Shown: in pieces, positions 40,261 through 51,620 of the stretch | How positions within the stretch are numbered: position 1 is the stretch's first letter | Layout: every line of letters starts with the position of its first letter | Assembly (NCBI GenBank): GCA_000165345.1 | Contig: CM000429.1 | Location: forward strand, 160,001 to 224,000 | Direction: 5' to 3' | Length of the DNA stretch: 64,000 nt | Notes under the pieces: generated by a model | Databases searched by the model: none | What the model was told of the DNA's origin: nothing | The model's input: only the letters and a program-made list of their open reading frames with translations | Translations under genes and position numbers: made by a program

Positions 40261-41745
40261 ATGAAGGTGGAGACTACTCCTCAGGAACATAAAGGTAAAA
40301 TCAACTTGGATAAAGGTCAGCAATTGAGAATACTGTCATCTAATAGCCATAATGGCGGTGAACAGGCTTTGAGTCATAAAGTAAGAGAAAAACTAAGTTT
40401 GGAACAAGTTCAAAAGTTAAAAGACTTGTTAGTAAATAGAGAATATAGCCAAAGTCTTGAATTGTTGCTTGAATATTATTATAATGGATCCATTATTGAG
40501 AGTTGGATGGAGAGCTTAATTCCTGAGAAAATAAACTATAAATATGTAAACAATGAGCTCAAAGATTCTCCAGACTTTCACCTATATGATATTTCTGGGA
40601 TCATTATACTTAGCTATATAATCCATTGTTATATATGTAAGAACGATATTTTTGGAGCAATCCAATTAATCAAAAGCTTTGAGAGGGCTTGTTTTATTTT
40701 AAAGATTGGTGAAAATGATAAGAATCACCAATCAGATGTTGTAGATAACGTTAATTCGCATTTTATTTCATGGTGTAACTGTTTTTCAATTCGAGATGTA
40801 TTTCAAGAAAACAAAGGTATCATTAAACACGAATTAAGATCACGAAAGCATTTCCTAAAACTAATTGACATTTACTACTTTTTTAGGATACAAATAATCT
40901 TCTGGAAGTTAGCTATGTACAAAACTTATCATATTCCAAATGCTTCAGTATTCTTGCCTGAAAATAAACATGGCAAAGATCTGAGTGAGAATATTAAGAT
41001 TGAGGACTACTTTGTATTTTTTGACCAAGCAATTGATGAATTGTATGTGATCATTAATGAAATTGATTACATTTTAGAACTTTTCAAAGATTTTGATAAG
41101 CAAGTCACAAATAAATGGCTTCTCAAATATAAAGTAGTTCTTTTCATCCTTGTTGAGGCTTTAACCCTCAGAGACTACTATAATGAGGCTATACAAATTT
41201 TGAATGATTCAATGCAGAAACACTTTCCAGATGATATATCTTTGTATTCTTTGATTGCTAGAATATCCCTCCAATATGGGAACTTTCCTTTGGTTCACTC
41301 TACTCTAAATACTATTGAGGAACGCCTCCAACACCCAAAGCATAATACAAATTTTAATATTGCTCACTATAGATTTACTCTTGGACTATTAAATATGGCT
41401 CAGGATGATCCAGTTACTGCCTCCCTTAATTTCAATACTTCAGCTGCCTTGTATAAAGAACTTGCTATTAACTTTAACAAAGAATACTTACTTCCATGCA
41501 GTACTTCCTTCAACAATCTTTCTGTTGCTTCATTTTATTCAAGTAAGCTTCCCAATTCTGTATCCATTCTTGAGAACCAGATCTACAACCAAAACAACTT
41601 CTTTTTCAATTCCCAGCAACTTTTTGCTACCAACTTTAAGAATCTAAAAACTTTGTATCAGTTTTCATCCGATAAAGATAAGCTAATCAACGAGCTTAAA
41701 AAAATTTCCAAAAGCTCACTTAGATACTCAATCATGATTAATTAA
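40261..41745 (+). CDS. Hypothetical protein of 494 aa.
   Basis: ATG at 40261 confirmed; this is a long stop-free ORF in AT-rich DNA. Two E2F-like boxes lie upstream at 40003-40020 and 40081-40092. I recognise no conserved domain. Confidence 0.6.
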   Translation: MKVETTPQEHKGKINLDKGQQLRILSSNSHNGGEQALSHKVREKLSLEQVQKLKDLLVNREYSQSLELLLEYYYNGSIIESWMESLIPEKINYKYVNNELKDSPDFHLYDISGIIILSYIIHCYICKNDIFGAIQLIKSFERACFILKIGENDKNHQSDVVDNVNSHFISWCNCFSIRDVFQENKGIIKHELRSRKHFLKLIDIYYFFRIQIIFWKLAMYKTYHIPNASVFLPENKHGKDLSENIKIEDYFVFFDQAIDELYVIINEIDYILELFKDFDKQVTNKWLLKYKVVLFILVEALTLRDYYNEAIQILNDSMQKHFPDDISLYSLIARISLQYGNFPLVHSTLNTIEERLQHPKHNTNFNIAHYRFTLGLLNMAQDDPVTASLNFNTSAALYKELAINFNKEYLLPCSTSFNNLSVASFYSSKLPNSVSILENQIYNQNNFFFNSQQLFATNFKNLKTLYQFSSDKDKLINELKKISKSSLRYSIMIN

Positions 41746-42771
41746 TTTCTATGATTACCTTAAATACTTTTATAGCTAACATTTTAAAAATGCAAGACAA
41801 ATATAAACACCTTTGTTATGTCAACTTTAACTTTTTCTTACCCCTTTCCCTAATTATCGCAGCTGTTTTTATATCAATAATCTTGTTTGCATGCAATTTT
41901 ATGAACTAAGATTTCTTTTATGCCCCCACAACCACATGTTTCCTTTATGTGAATTTGAAAATCTATCTACACCACTTTTTATACTAAATCCAACTCTTTT
42001 CTCTTTAGGTCATTATTTTTAGTTTTTTGTCCAAAAGGGTTTATAAATCTATCCATTTTGAACCACTCTTTATTGTAATACCTAAATAAGTCTGACTTTA
42101 TTCTCTTCCAGCTCTCTACTTTTGGGTACAAATAACTAATAAATGTGTTATCAGAATTCAACAACATCTTCTAGATCTTCCCAAATCTTTCAAATTATTA
42201 AGCTCCTATATTATATTTTTATATTTATCTATATATTTATCTTCTTTGAATTCACGCTCTTCATTTTATTTTTCAGTCCAAAGCTGAATTGTTGCATGCA
42301 AATTTTACTCGCATGAGCCCGCCTTTCCAATAATTTGTAAAGCCCCCATGTCTCTTATTAAAAAAAAAAATGAATCAAATTCAAAATTAATATCAAAATA
42401 GAATTTTGACAAAAAAATTATTATTTTTGATTGTTTAGTATGTTCACACTTAATTAATCTTAGTGTGAAGTCTTTCTGTTATCATTTTACCCTTGCATTT
42501 ATTTTTTTTTTTTTTTGAAAATTTATGTTTAAATTACGTTGATTTTCTGTATGTTTGAGCGGGCTCAATAAGTTTATTTATAATAATAAATTGCAATGTT
42601 ATTAATAATATTTGAAATAACTATTTGAGGTAACGGGATATATAATGGACGGAAAATTATTATAAGAGAAAATATTATTATCATCATTAATATTATTGAG
42701 AATTAATTGAGCGTTGTTTGGAGAAAATTGAATCTAAAATTTGACTTAAAACCACAAGTTGATAAGGAAAG

Positions 42772-43419
42772 ATGAGTACTCAAGCATTGGAGAAAATTAC
42801 TAATAAATCAGAAAAGGAAAAGATCAAAAAGGAACTATACGATGAGTACGAGATTTTCAAAGTTTCAAACATTTACAATGAAATGGACTTGACCAAAGCC
42901 ATTTCAAATGTGATTTCCTCGATTATTACTCTCTCAGGCCTGGAAGAACAGATTCAAATTTACCACAGAAAAAATATCCTAATGTTAATTGCAACTGTTT
43001 TTGGAATATTTGGAGCTGTAGTATTCAAATTTCCAAAAGATCAATGGTTTATTCTTATTTGTGTTGTAGGATTCTTTCTTTCCATGTTTGGTACATTTCT
43101 AATTGATGTAAAATCTCCATTTTCAGGTTTCACAAACTCATATATTGTTCCCAAAAAACTCCAAGAGAAAGGTGGATTTTCCTTAAAGAATATATGGAAC
43201 TATGATAAGGATGCATGCTACATTACACCAAAATTAAATCGTGCTTCAAACGATATTGAATTTTTGCTTCAAAATCAAAACCACCAAGTGTCAAAAACCA
43301 TATATGTTGGAAAATTATTCACACTTGACGGTTATATAAATACTGATGAAATTTTTGAAGTTATTAGCAAGCTAATTGTGGAATTATATGAAAAATCTAA
43401 CGAAAAGAAGAAGAAATAA
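42772..43419 (+). CDS. Small two-TM membrane protein of 215 aa, possibly a signal peptidase complex subunit 2 (SPCS2)-like protein.
   Basis: ATG at 42772 confirmed. There are two closely spaced hydrophobic helices (ILMLIATVFGIFGAVVF and FILICVVGFFLSMFGTFLI), separated by a short loop (KFPKDQW), then a soluble C-terminal domain and a poly-K tail. Topology and length resemble SPCS2. The family call is weak. Confidence 0.5.
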   Translation: MSTQALEKITNKSEKEKIKKELYDEYEIFKVSNIYNEMDLTKAISNVISSIITLSGLEEQIQIYHRKNILMLIATVFGIFGAVVFKFPKDQWFILICVVGFFLSMFGTFLIDVKSPFSGFTNSYIVPKKLQEKGGFSLKNIWNYDKDACYITPKLNRASNDIEFLLQNQNHQVSKTIYVGKLFTLDGYINTDEIFEVISKLIVELYEKSNEKKKK

Positions 43420-43844
43420 ATAAATAATTTACATTTTGATTTTTTCACTTCCAAATGAAATTATTCCTATATTACGTGTATTAGTTTCAAGGCAAAATGC
43501 CAGGAAATGGGCTGGCTTTTAGATATTTACTTAGCCAGATATCGCTAATTATAAAGTTATCTTCTTTAATTTCCTATCCCAATTGTTATTTCTTTTTTCT
43601 CCCTGTTCACACGAAATTCCCTTTAATTTATCTTATTTTACCCACAGCCATGTAAAATAACTGTTCCACCCCCCATTCTGACTGCACTGATTAAACTGCG
43701 GGTGAATGGCGCCAATTCCACTTTGACATTTAATTAATAATCAAGTCAAAAAAATCCTAATTCCAATAAATCAAAAAAAAAAAGAAATCCCATTAAAATG
43801 GGAAGAGTATATATTTGAGATATTTTCGGAAGGGATTTGATAAA

Positions 43845-46800
43845 ATGCCGAAGTTATCTGAATATTCAAAAGAAATTTCAAAAATAAGACGTAAGTTTTA
43901 CTTTTCCAGGCTCCGACTTAGTATTTCCAGCCCAGCAGCGCAATGTGGGAAATTGCATGCATGCAACACTGTTTGCAAATTTGCTGCCATTTATGTGTGC
44001 TGACATTAACAGAAAATAATTAACTTGAAAAATGTGAAATTTTAGAATCTCTAAATTATTCCCTTTTGGAAAATGACTCTGAAGTTCAGAGGTTAATTCA
44101 AAACAACGATCGTGCCCCTAAGAACAAAAACAAGACTTTTAATACTAAGAATGTGTGTGAATCATTTGCAATATTGTCAAATATGGAGGATCCTGCAGGT
44201 AAGTAAAGAAACATGAATTGCACTCGAATTCCTCACTTTAAAACAACTAACAATTCAATATTTTTTCAATTTAGAGTTGGATTTAGTCACGGAGGGCCCA
44301 AAGGAAAAATACAAAAAACAGATTCTAGGACTAATGAAGAATGATTTAAAGAAGAATAAGGAATTAAAAAGTGTGAGACAAGATAGAAACTATACGACAA
44401 AGAGTATTGGAATGGAATCATCTCTGAAACTTGGAATGAAAGCATTTTCATATTCAAGTGGTGCAGAGTGGAATCCAATGAATCCAAGCCTAATATGGAG
44501 AAAAAACAAGGAAAATGACGATGCATCCACAATTTCTTCATCATTCTCAAACCAAAAAGCTTTAATGAACAACCCAGGAATTATTCGAGAGTTGGAGAAT
44601 GAACTTGGACCAGTTAAAGGTTCAATCATGCTTGCAGCAACAGGAGAAAAGCTTCGAGATATTAATATTGGAAACTCTTCGATTGCAAAAGAAGTTTGGA
44701 AAGATGAACCTTTGTCTCATATTACAAAACTTACTCAGCAAGAAAGAGAGAAACAACAACTGGGATATAATTACCAAGAATCGATATATGACAATTTTGG
44801 GGTAAAACCAACAGAACTGGTAAAAATGACTGATTTTGGAAACATTAAATTACCAGTGAGAAGTGTCTTGACAATGTCTCAAGAAGCATCAAAAGAGGTG
44901 GAAAAGAAAATTTTGGATAAAGAAGGAAATCTAGAAATGAAACTTTTGAATGCAGTAGATCCCTTTAAGCAAAAATTCCACCATAATGATATGCCAGAGA
45001 ATAGGATGTTCTGTGATAGGAAGTCTTCAAAAATAGATAGACTTTATAAAAACCTTAATAATTTGAAGGATCAGATTCTTTTTGAGGATGAAATTTCCAA
45101 AGATAGAGAGAAAGAACATGAAAATGACTTGATGAAGTTACGAGCTTTTAATACTAACTTTGAAAAGCATCTTGGATTTAAACTTAGTGGGAAAGTTTCT
45201 TTAGATAATATTGGAGAACGAGTCATTTCCTTGGGAACTGATAATACTTCAAAGCAAATAGGAAAAGAGTTCAAAGAATTAAGACGACAACTTGGTTGGG
45301 AAAAAAATACAGAAAAAAATTTTAAGAACGAAGAAAAAGAATTTAATATGTATGGAAATCTTTTGGACCAAAAAAATATATCAAATGAAGCTCTCATTGA
45401 TCGTCTAATTGAAAATACAACTCTTTATCCTTGTTTTGATGAGGTACTCTTTGAAAATACTTTCAGAATACATCCTGACAAAAATAGAAATCATGTCTCA
45501 TTGATAACAGACTATTTGGATGCTACCTCAGTCTTAAGTTCCAGTGATATCCTTCTTAATATTCACAAAAAACAGTATACTCCTCCTTTGGCTGAGAACT
45601 TTCCCAAAGGTCTCCCATCCATTGTCCAAGATCCTCGTGTAATTTGGCAAAAAGAGTTCCTTAATATTCCATATGAAGTTACAGCTGATTTGATTAGAAA
45701 GATTCAAAGAGGTTTCTGGGACGAAATTTCGAATGATATAGCAAAAAGCAGTTATGGATCAATTTCAATATCTTCTGTTGAATCTATTACTAATATCAAG
45801 AAGTTTATTTTGAATGAACTCAGCTATAATTCCATATATAACGTTGATGAACCATTTGATGTCTCACCACCGAAACTACCTCCTATTGAAAGAGAACAAC
45901 AAGGAAGGATGTTAGGATCTAGTTCAAAATTTCAGCAACAAAATAACAAACTCGTTATAACTCCAAAGTTGAAATTTGGATTTGGAGGTACGAACCTAAT
46001 TTCTGGATCTATCTCTAAAATTGGAAATAAAATATTTAAAGGATCTATTTCTAGTCCTAATTCTAATGAGAGTTCCAAACCAGAGACTTTCAGAAATGAT
46101 GTCACTGTTGTTAAGTACATTCCTGATTGTGAACTATATGAGACAGCACTTTGGGGTAGATATGAATTTCCAAATGATGATTCCAATAAAGGAATTATAC
46201 GAAAAGTTAAGAATACAGAAATTAATGAAGGAGAACCTTTATATAGAGAGAATGTAATCTCAATGTCAAATGAATGGAGAGAAGATATGGAAAAGCAAAT
46301 TAGTGAAAGAAAGAAAGGAGTAGAGATGCTCGTTAATTCTCAAGAAAATAGGTCTTCTCTTCAAAACTTTACTTTGAACTTAAACAAAATTATTGATTCA
46401 AAGATTCAAAATATGGATAAAAAAGAACTCTCAAAGTTGAAAGAAATCCTTAAAGATCGTGAAGGTTTAGAAGAATTAAGTAAGACTCAGATTTCTGGAA
46501 AAGGAACAACTCTAGGAGACAATAATAAGATTCATAAAAATAGTGGACAGTTAAATATAACAGGATTTAAAAATATTGGATTTTCTAGTATTGGAATCAA
46601 TAAAGAAGGTACTTATAATCATTTGGATTCTCCAGATATCAGTAAAATTGGAATTCAACAAAACAATATCTTCAAAAAGATTAAAAATTCTCAGAAAACT
46701 GTTAAGAATAAAGTTGGTATGGCAAATATAAATGATGACTATGATGATGATGAAAGTTCTGTTAGGGACGATGATTCAGAAGAATTTGAAGATCTTTCAA

Positions 46801-48530
46801 GTGAAAATGAGGAAGATTATAGACAAATCTGTGAGACAATTCACATTGCTCCATGGGAGCCAACTAACTTAATGATGACAAAGAATCTATTCAAATCAAC
46901 AAATAATCTCTTTTCTACTTTATCTATTTTGATAACAAAAGATTCAAAGATTAAGAGTAGAGTTGAGCTTCATGAACTTGGAGAACATGGAATTATTGTT
47001 TGGATGTCTCGTGATCCTATTGGACTTAAAGAGAAGATCTTAAATTGTTGTACCGATATTAAAACAAAATTAAGAGTTAAAGGTGGGATATACTTCACTC
47101 CTGATAGTGATATATCTCCAATTGAACCTTGTACTGAAATCCCTGGAAATTTTACTTTTTCAGTAACTGGAGTTAATTTGCCTCATCTTATTTTGAATAA
47201 GAGTTCTATCAAACAATTGGAATGTGTTAAGAAATATGTCAAAAATTATGAGAATTCATTCAATGAACTTTCTAATAATGGTAGTATAAGTAATTTTAAT
47301 GGGAATGATCCAATGTATCAAAAATCTCTAAATACAGGAATTAAATACAATGAAAATAATCTTGTTAATGATTCTCCAATATTAGAACAAACTCAATTTG
47401 GAATCAATGCAGATACAGATATTGAAATAATTACAAGATATGATAAGAAAAGCATTAATAATATTGATGTAATGAATTTGATTCCAGCATTGAATAATAA
47501 TCAGATTTCTGGTCAGAATACAATTTTGGTAGTATCAGAAAATCCTTTTATAAAAGGAATACTTCCATTAACTTTGTCAGATTTTCCAAAGACTACAATG
47601 AAGTTTAGTTTAAGAAGGAATCGTTTATTATTGTGGAGATCAATAAAGTGTCAGATTTGGAAGACTCAATATATTGAATATTGTTTTAAGAGTTCAGTAG
47701 TTCCAGCAAAAAAGGTGATAACATTTATTTCAAATGCTTTTTTGAAATCAAATACTTCAAATTCTTTTGATATGGGAGGATTAATATTTAACGAGACTTT
47801 ATTTTCTCATTGTATTAATGTTGCTTTATCCAGAAAAGACCCTAAAGAAATGATTTTCAGGGGTTGTTATATGGGAGATGATGGTTTTCATGCAATTTTC
47901 CCTTTACTAACTCAAGTAAAATCTTTAGGAAAATTGGATTTGGGGATGAATAATTTAACAGCTCGTTCTTTACCTTTAATATTAGAGGTTGTGAAAGGAT
48001 GTAATTGTAAGAAACTCTTATTGGACTTTAATAATTTGGGTCCAAACAAGACAAAGCGTGAATTTTCAGTCTTCTTTAAACATATACTATTTTCAACGAG
48101 TATAGAACATTTGAATCTTTCAAGAAATAAAATTAATGGAAGATGTATTGACTCTTTGGATACTATTTTGGATAACTTGGGGATGAAAAATAAGACTTTA
48201 GAGACTTTAAGTTGGTGTTCAAATGGAAATACTCAACCTGAGATTGAGACATTATTACTTGCTCTTCAACCTTGTTGTGTAAATCTTTCAAAGGTGTTTT
48301 TAGGAGGAAATCCTATTGAAAGGATTGATGCTTTTAAAAGGAGATTTAGTCCAATTCGTATAATCATGGAGGATATAAGTTCTCATTATGTTACCAAAGC
48401 TGGAGTTAATCAAGGAGAAGGTAGCTACTTTTCAGATTCTAAAGAGAGAAAATCAAGAGGAATGAGTAGGAAAAGTCTTACATCAAATTCTAATTTGAGT
48501 TATACAAACTCTGGTTTGTTTAGTCAGTGA
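43845..48530 (+). CDS. Large leucine-rich-repeat (RNI-like LRR) protein of about 1,485 aa, modelled as three exons: join(43845..43890,44046..44198,44275..48530).
   Basis: The main ORF-track start at 44277 is a TTG, and the first internal ATG is 20 codons downstream. Upstream, ATG GAG GAT CCT GCA G|GTAAGT (donor at 44199) plus the acceptor caatttag| at 44274 join in frame with phase 1. That exon's frame stays open for 46 codons upstream of its ATG and ends at the acceptor ttttag| at 44045. It is phase-compatible with a 46-nt first exon (ATG at 43845, reading MPKLSEYSKEISKIR, donor C|GTAAGT at 43891). The C-terminus carries RNI-type LRRs (LGKLDLGMNNLTARSL..., LNLSRNKINGRCIDSL..., LETLSWCSNGN...). 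Confidence is about 0.85 for the main exon, about 0.6 for exon 2 and about 0.4 for exon 1. Confidence 0.55.
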
Positions 48531-49026
48531 TCTGTGAGATGGGGGTCATTAGAAAAAAGGATTAAAAGAGATGGAGGAAGAGGGGGAGGGGAGAGTAGTA
48601 AGAATATCGTAATAGAAATCAAGGAAAGAAGAAGAAGCTATTTCCTACCTTTTTATTAGGTATAATTATTATCTAGATAGAGTTTAAACATATTAATTTA
48701 TATAATAACTTTTTCCCCAATAATAATATTAAATATGAATAAAAAAATAGTATGAAAAAAAAAAATGAAGAAGAAAGTAAAATCCTTCCAATATAAGATA
48801 TAAAGGATAAAAAAAAATCTACGAATTTTCCACTTTTCAACACTTTCTTTAACTTTGATGATGTGTTTTTATTTACAAACTTTATTTGTTTTTCTTTCTT
48901 TCATTCATTCTTTCTCTTTCTAAATATTTTTATCTATCTTTATTTACTCCTGGAGATCACCCCCTTTACCTGGATCTATTTTTCAAACCTAATGAAGAGG
49001 CAGCGCATGCAAGATCGGCATGCAAA

Positions 49027-49060
49027 AAAATTCCCGCCACCTGTACTAAGAATGGGCGGG
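49027..49060. promoter_or_regulatory. E2F-like AAATTCCCGCCACC (GGTGGCGGGAATTT on the minus strand) plus a GGGCGGG box, flanked by two GCATGCAA motifs at 49004-49022, in the PDI-like gene upstream region.
   Basis: Motif matches in the 1 kb intergenic region upstream of the ATG at 49499. Confidence 0.5.
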
Positions 49061-49498
49061 TTTTGCCAATAAGTAAAATGATGTGGTGCAATAGTTGATT
49101 GATTAGTTGGAGGAATATAGTTAAGAGATTGGTTATAGGTTGGAAATAGGGAACAGTAGCTTAAAGTAGTAGGTGAATAGATATAAAGGGCTTATTATTA
49201 TAATTATAGCTATTTTCTGTACTTGTTATTACGAGGGATAAACACAAGGGGTAAATAATAGGAATAGAGGAGAAAAAAAGAAAGGAGAGGAATTCCAAGC
49301 TCATTGAAAAGAGGATTAATCAGAGCAGTTATTATAATTATTATAGTAATAAATAAGCTTTAAGAAAGCGGAGAGGAAAGGATATAAAAGGAAAGAAAAG
49401 AAAGAAACTGAAAGTTTATAAGAATATAAAAGGAAGAGTTTATTGTATTAACTGGAAATTGAATATCAAATTTTCATCATTTATAAAGTAAATATAAA

Positions 49499-51472
49499 AT
49501 GAATTATATTATTTTTCTGCATACAGCTTACCTAATACTTGCTAGAATAAGTTTTGGTTTTGGGGAAGAACTTCGTCTCTCAAACTCGAACAATTTCGGA
49601 AAGAATGATATTAACAATGGTAATAATTCACTTTATGTAAGTAATTCAACCAATAATAATTCTTCCAATAATAGATTTACAACAACAACAACAACAACAA
49701 CAACAGTTAGCACATTAATGACAGCAAATACCATTATTAATAAAAGTAATGAAATTGATGTTGGATTTCAAATAACAACTCCTGGTCCAAAATATGTACA
49801 GAATCTGTTAAATGCTGGTGGAGTATCCAATAGTGAGTCATTAGTAAAACAACTGGGGCTTGAAGATCTCTCAGAATTTACAAAAATAGACTCAGTAGTA
49901 TTATTTTATGTACCATGGTGTGTATATTGTCGAGGAATTATGCCTGAATTTGAAAAAGCTGCAAATATATTTAAAGGGAAGAAAATAAGTTTTGGGAAGA
50001 TTGATTGTAATGAGCATCGTAAAGTAGTATTATTGGAACAAGTAATTAGATTTCCAACAATTAAAATATATTCTGAGGGTCAAAGCCAATATTATTCTGG
50101 GCTTCCAAATTCTGTTTCAATTGTCAATTTCGTGAATAGCGAATTCAACAGAGATATTTCAATTTCCAGTTTGAGTGTACTTGAAGTTTTCCTAAATACA
50201 GATAACAGTTCTATCAAAGCAGTAGCAATCGTTGATCATGAAAATAATGATGAAAGTGATTCAATGTCTTTAGTTTCTTCTTCATATTCAAAACTGAGCC
50301 ATAAATATCATAATATTTTCTTTGCACATACTTTAACTAATAATACTGAAGTTTTGAACTTTATCAAAAATTATTCAAAAGATAATAATAAATCAAGAAA
50401 TGTGATAAACCATAGTAATTCAATAAAGGAAAATACTTTAGCAATTTTTACACCTTGGGATGATAATTCAGATAAACAAGATGATTTTAATAAAAATGAT
50501 GGGAATAAACATGGGCTGATTTTGATTGATAAAGTAGATTTTAGTAACTTTGAGAATTTGGAGAAACAAATTTTAAAATACCAATATCCATTAATTACTG
50601 AATTTGATCCTTTAATTGCTCAAAAATTATTTTTGGGTGAAAAAACAATTTCTTTCCTCTTCGTCAACAATGATGTACCAAATTTGAAATTAATAATGGA
50701 GAAATATAGAGAAATAGCAAGGCAATTCAGAGGGGAGATCCTCTTTGTTAAATCAGGAACTAATCTTGCTCATGAGAGAAGAATTGCCCAAGTTTTGATA
50801 CCAGAAGAATGTAAACTTCCTTGTATTTCCATAATAAAGTTTCCAAGTGTTGATGAAGGGAAGATGATCGCTCCAACCTTACCAAATATGCCTCCAATGA
50901 AACGCCCTCAAGCTCCACTAATTTATAGATGTCGGTTTTCTGGGCCAGACTTACTGAAAAATTCAAATCTTGAACACTTTATTCAAGATTTTGTATCAGG
51001 AAGACTGAACCCATATTTTAAAAGTGAAGAACCTCCATCTGAAGAGGATAACGATGGACCAGTTCGTATAGTAGTTTCAAAAACATTCAAAAAAGAAGTA
51101 ATTGAAACAAATTTGGATGTCTTGATAGTTTTTTATGCTCCTTGGTGTGGTCATTGTAGAAAATTGGAACCAGATTATAATGTTCTTGCTCAAAGACTAC
51201 GTGGCATTAGTGATAAGCTTAAGATTGCAAAGATTGATGGATCTCAGAATGAAGTTGAGAATATACAAATTTTGGGTTATCCCTCGATTCTATTATTTAA
51301 ATCAGAAATGAAGACTGAACCAATTTTGTATAATGGCGACAGATCTGTTGCAAACATGATAGAATGGATTTCTAAAAATGCAAGCTTTAAATTTGACCAT
51401 ATGCAGTATTTAAATCCTGAGCTAGCTTTTGAAGATGATGATCTTGATATGGCAATTTCTCATGAATTATGA
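49499..51472 (+). CDS. Protein disulfide isomerase-like protein with two thioredoxin domains, a signal peptide and a C-terminal HEL tail.
   Basis: ATG at 49499 confirmed. The N-terminal hydrophobic signal is MNYIIFLHTAYLILARISFGFG. Two thioredoxin active sites are present: FYVPWCVYCRG (CxxC) and FYAPWCGHCRKL (CGHC). The protein ends ...AISHEL, a KDEL-like ER-retention variant. A poly-Thr run is encoded by an (ACA)n microsatellite. Confidence 0.85.
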   Translation: MNYIIFLHTAYLILARISFGFGEELRLSNSNNFGKNDINNGNNSLYVSNSTNNNSSNNRFTTTTTTTTTVSTLMTANTIINKSNEIDVGFQITTPGPKYVQNLLNAGGVSNSESLVKQLGLEDLSEFTKIDSVVLFYVPWCVYCRGIMPEFEKAANIFKGKKISFGKIDCNEHRKVVLLEQVIRFPTIKIYSEGQSQYYSGLPNSVSIVNFVNSEFNRDISISSLSVLEVFLNTDNSSIKAVAIVDHENNDESDSMSLVSSSYSKLSHKYHNIFFAHTLTNNTEVLNFIKNYSKDNNKSRNVINHSNSIKENTLAIFTPWDDNSDKQDDFNKNDGNKHGLILIDKVDFSNFENLEKQILKYQYPLITEFDPLIAQKLFLGEKTISFLFVNNDVPNLKLIMEKYREIARQFRGEILFVKSGTNLAHERRIAQVLIPEECKLPCISIIKFPSVDEGKMIAPTLPNMPPMKRPQAPLIYRCRFSGPDLLKNSNLEHFIQDFVSGRLNPYFKSEEPPSEEDNDGPVRIVVSKTFKKEVIETNLDVLIVFYAPWCGHCRKLEPDYNVLAQRLRGISDKLKIAKIDGSQNEVENIQILGYPSILLFKSEMKTEPILYNGDRSVANMIEWISKNASFKFDHMQYLNPELAFEDDDLDMAISHEL

Positions 51473-51620
51473 TTCAAAAAGCTCAAAAGTTTTAATTATT
51501 TGTTTAATTATGCTTTCTCATTAGTGAAATATAATTTATATAATAATTTTTTTTCTTTTAATTCTTTGATTATAATTATATTATTTTTCCTTAAATTTAG
51601 AAGAGTTTTAACATATTTGT

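Noticed and set aside
43891-43910. A possible 18-nt 'intron' gtaagttttacttttccag immediately after LRR exon 1.
   Set aside because: It is far too short for spliceosomal removal. The acceptor at 44045 that restores the exon-2 frame was preferred, and that model is itself given low confidence.
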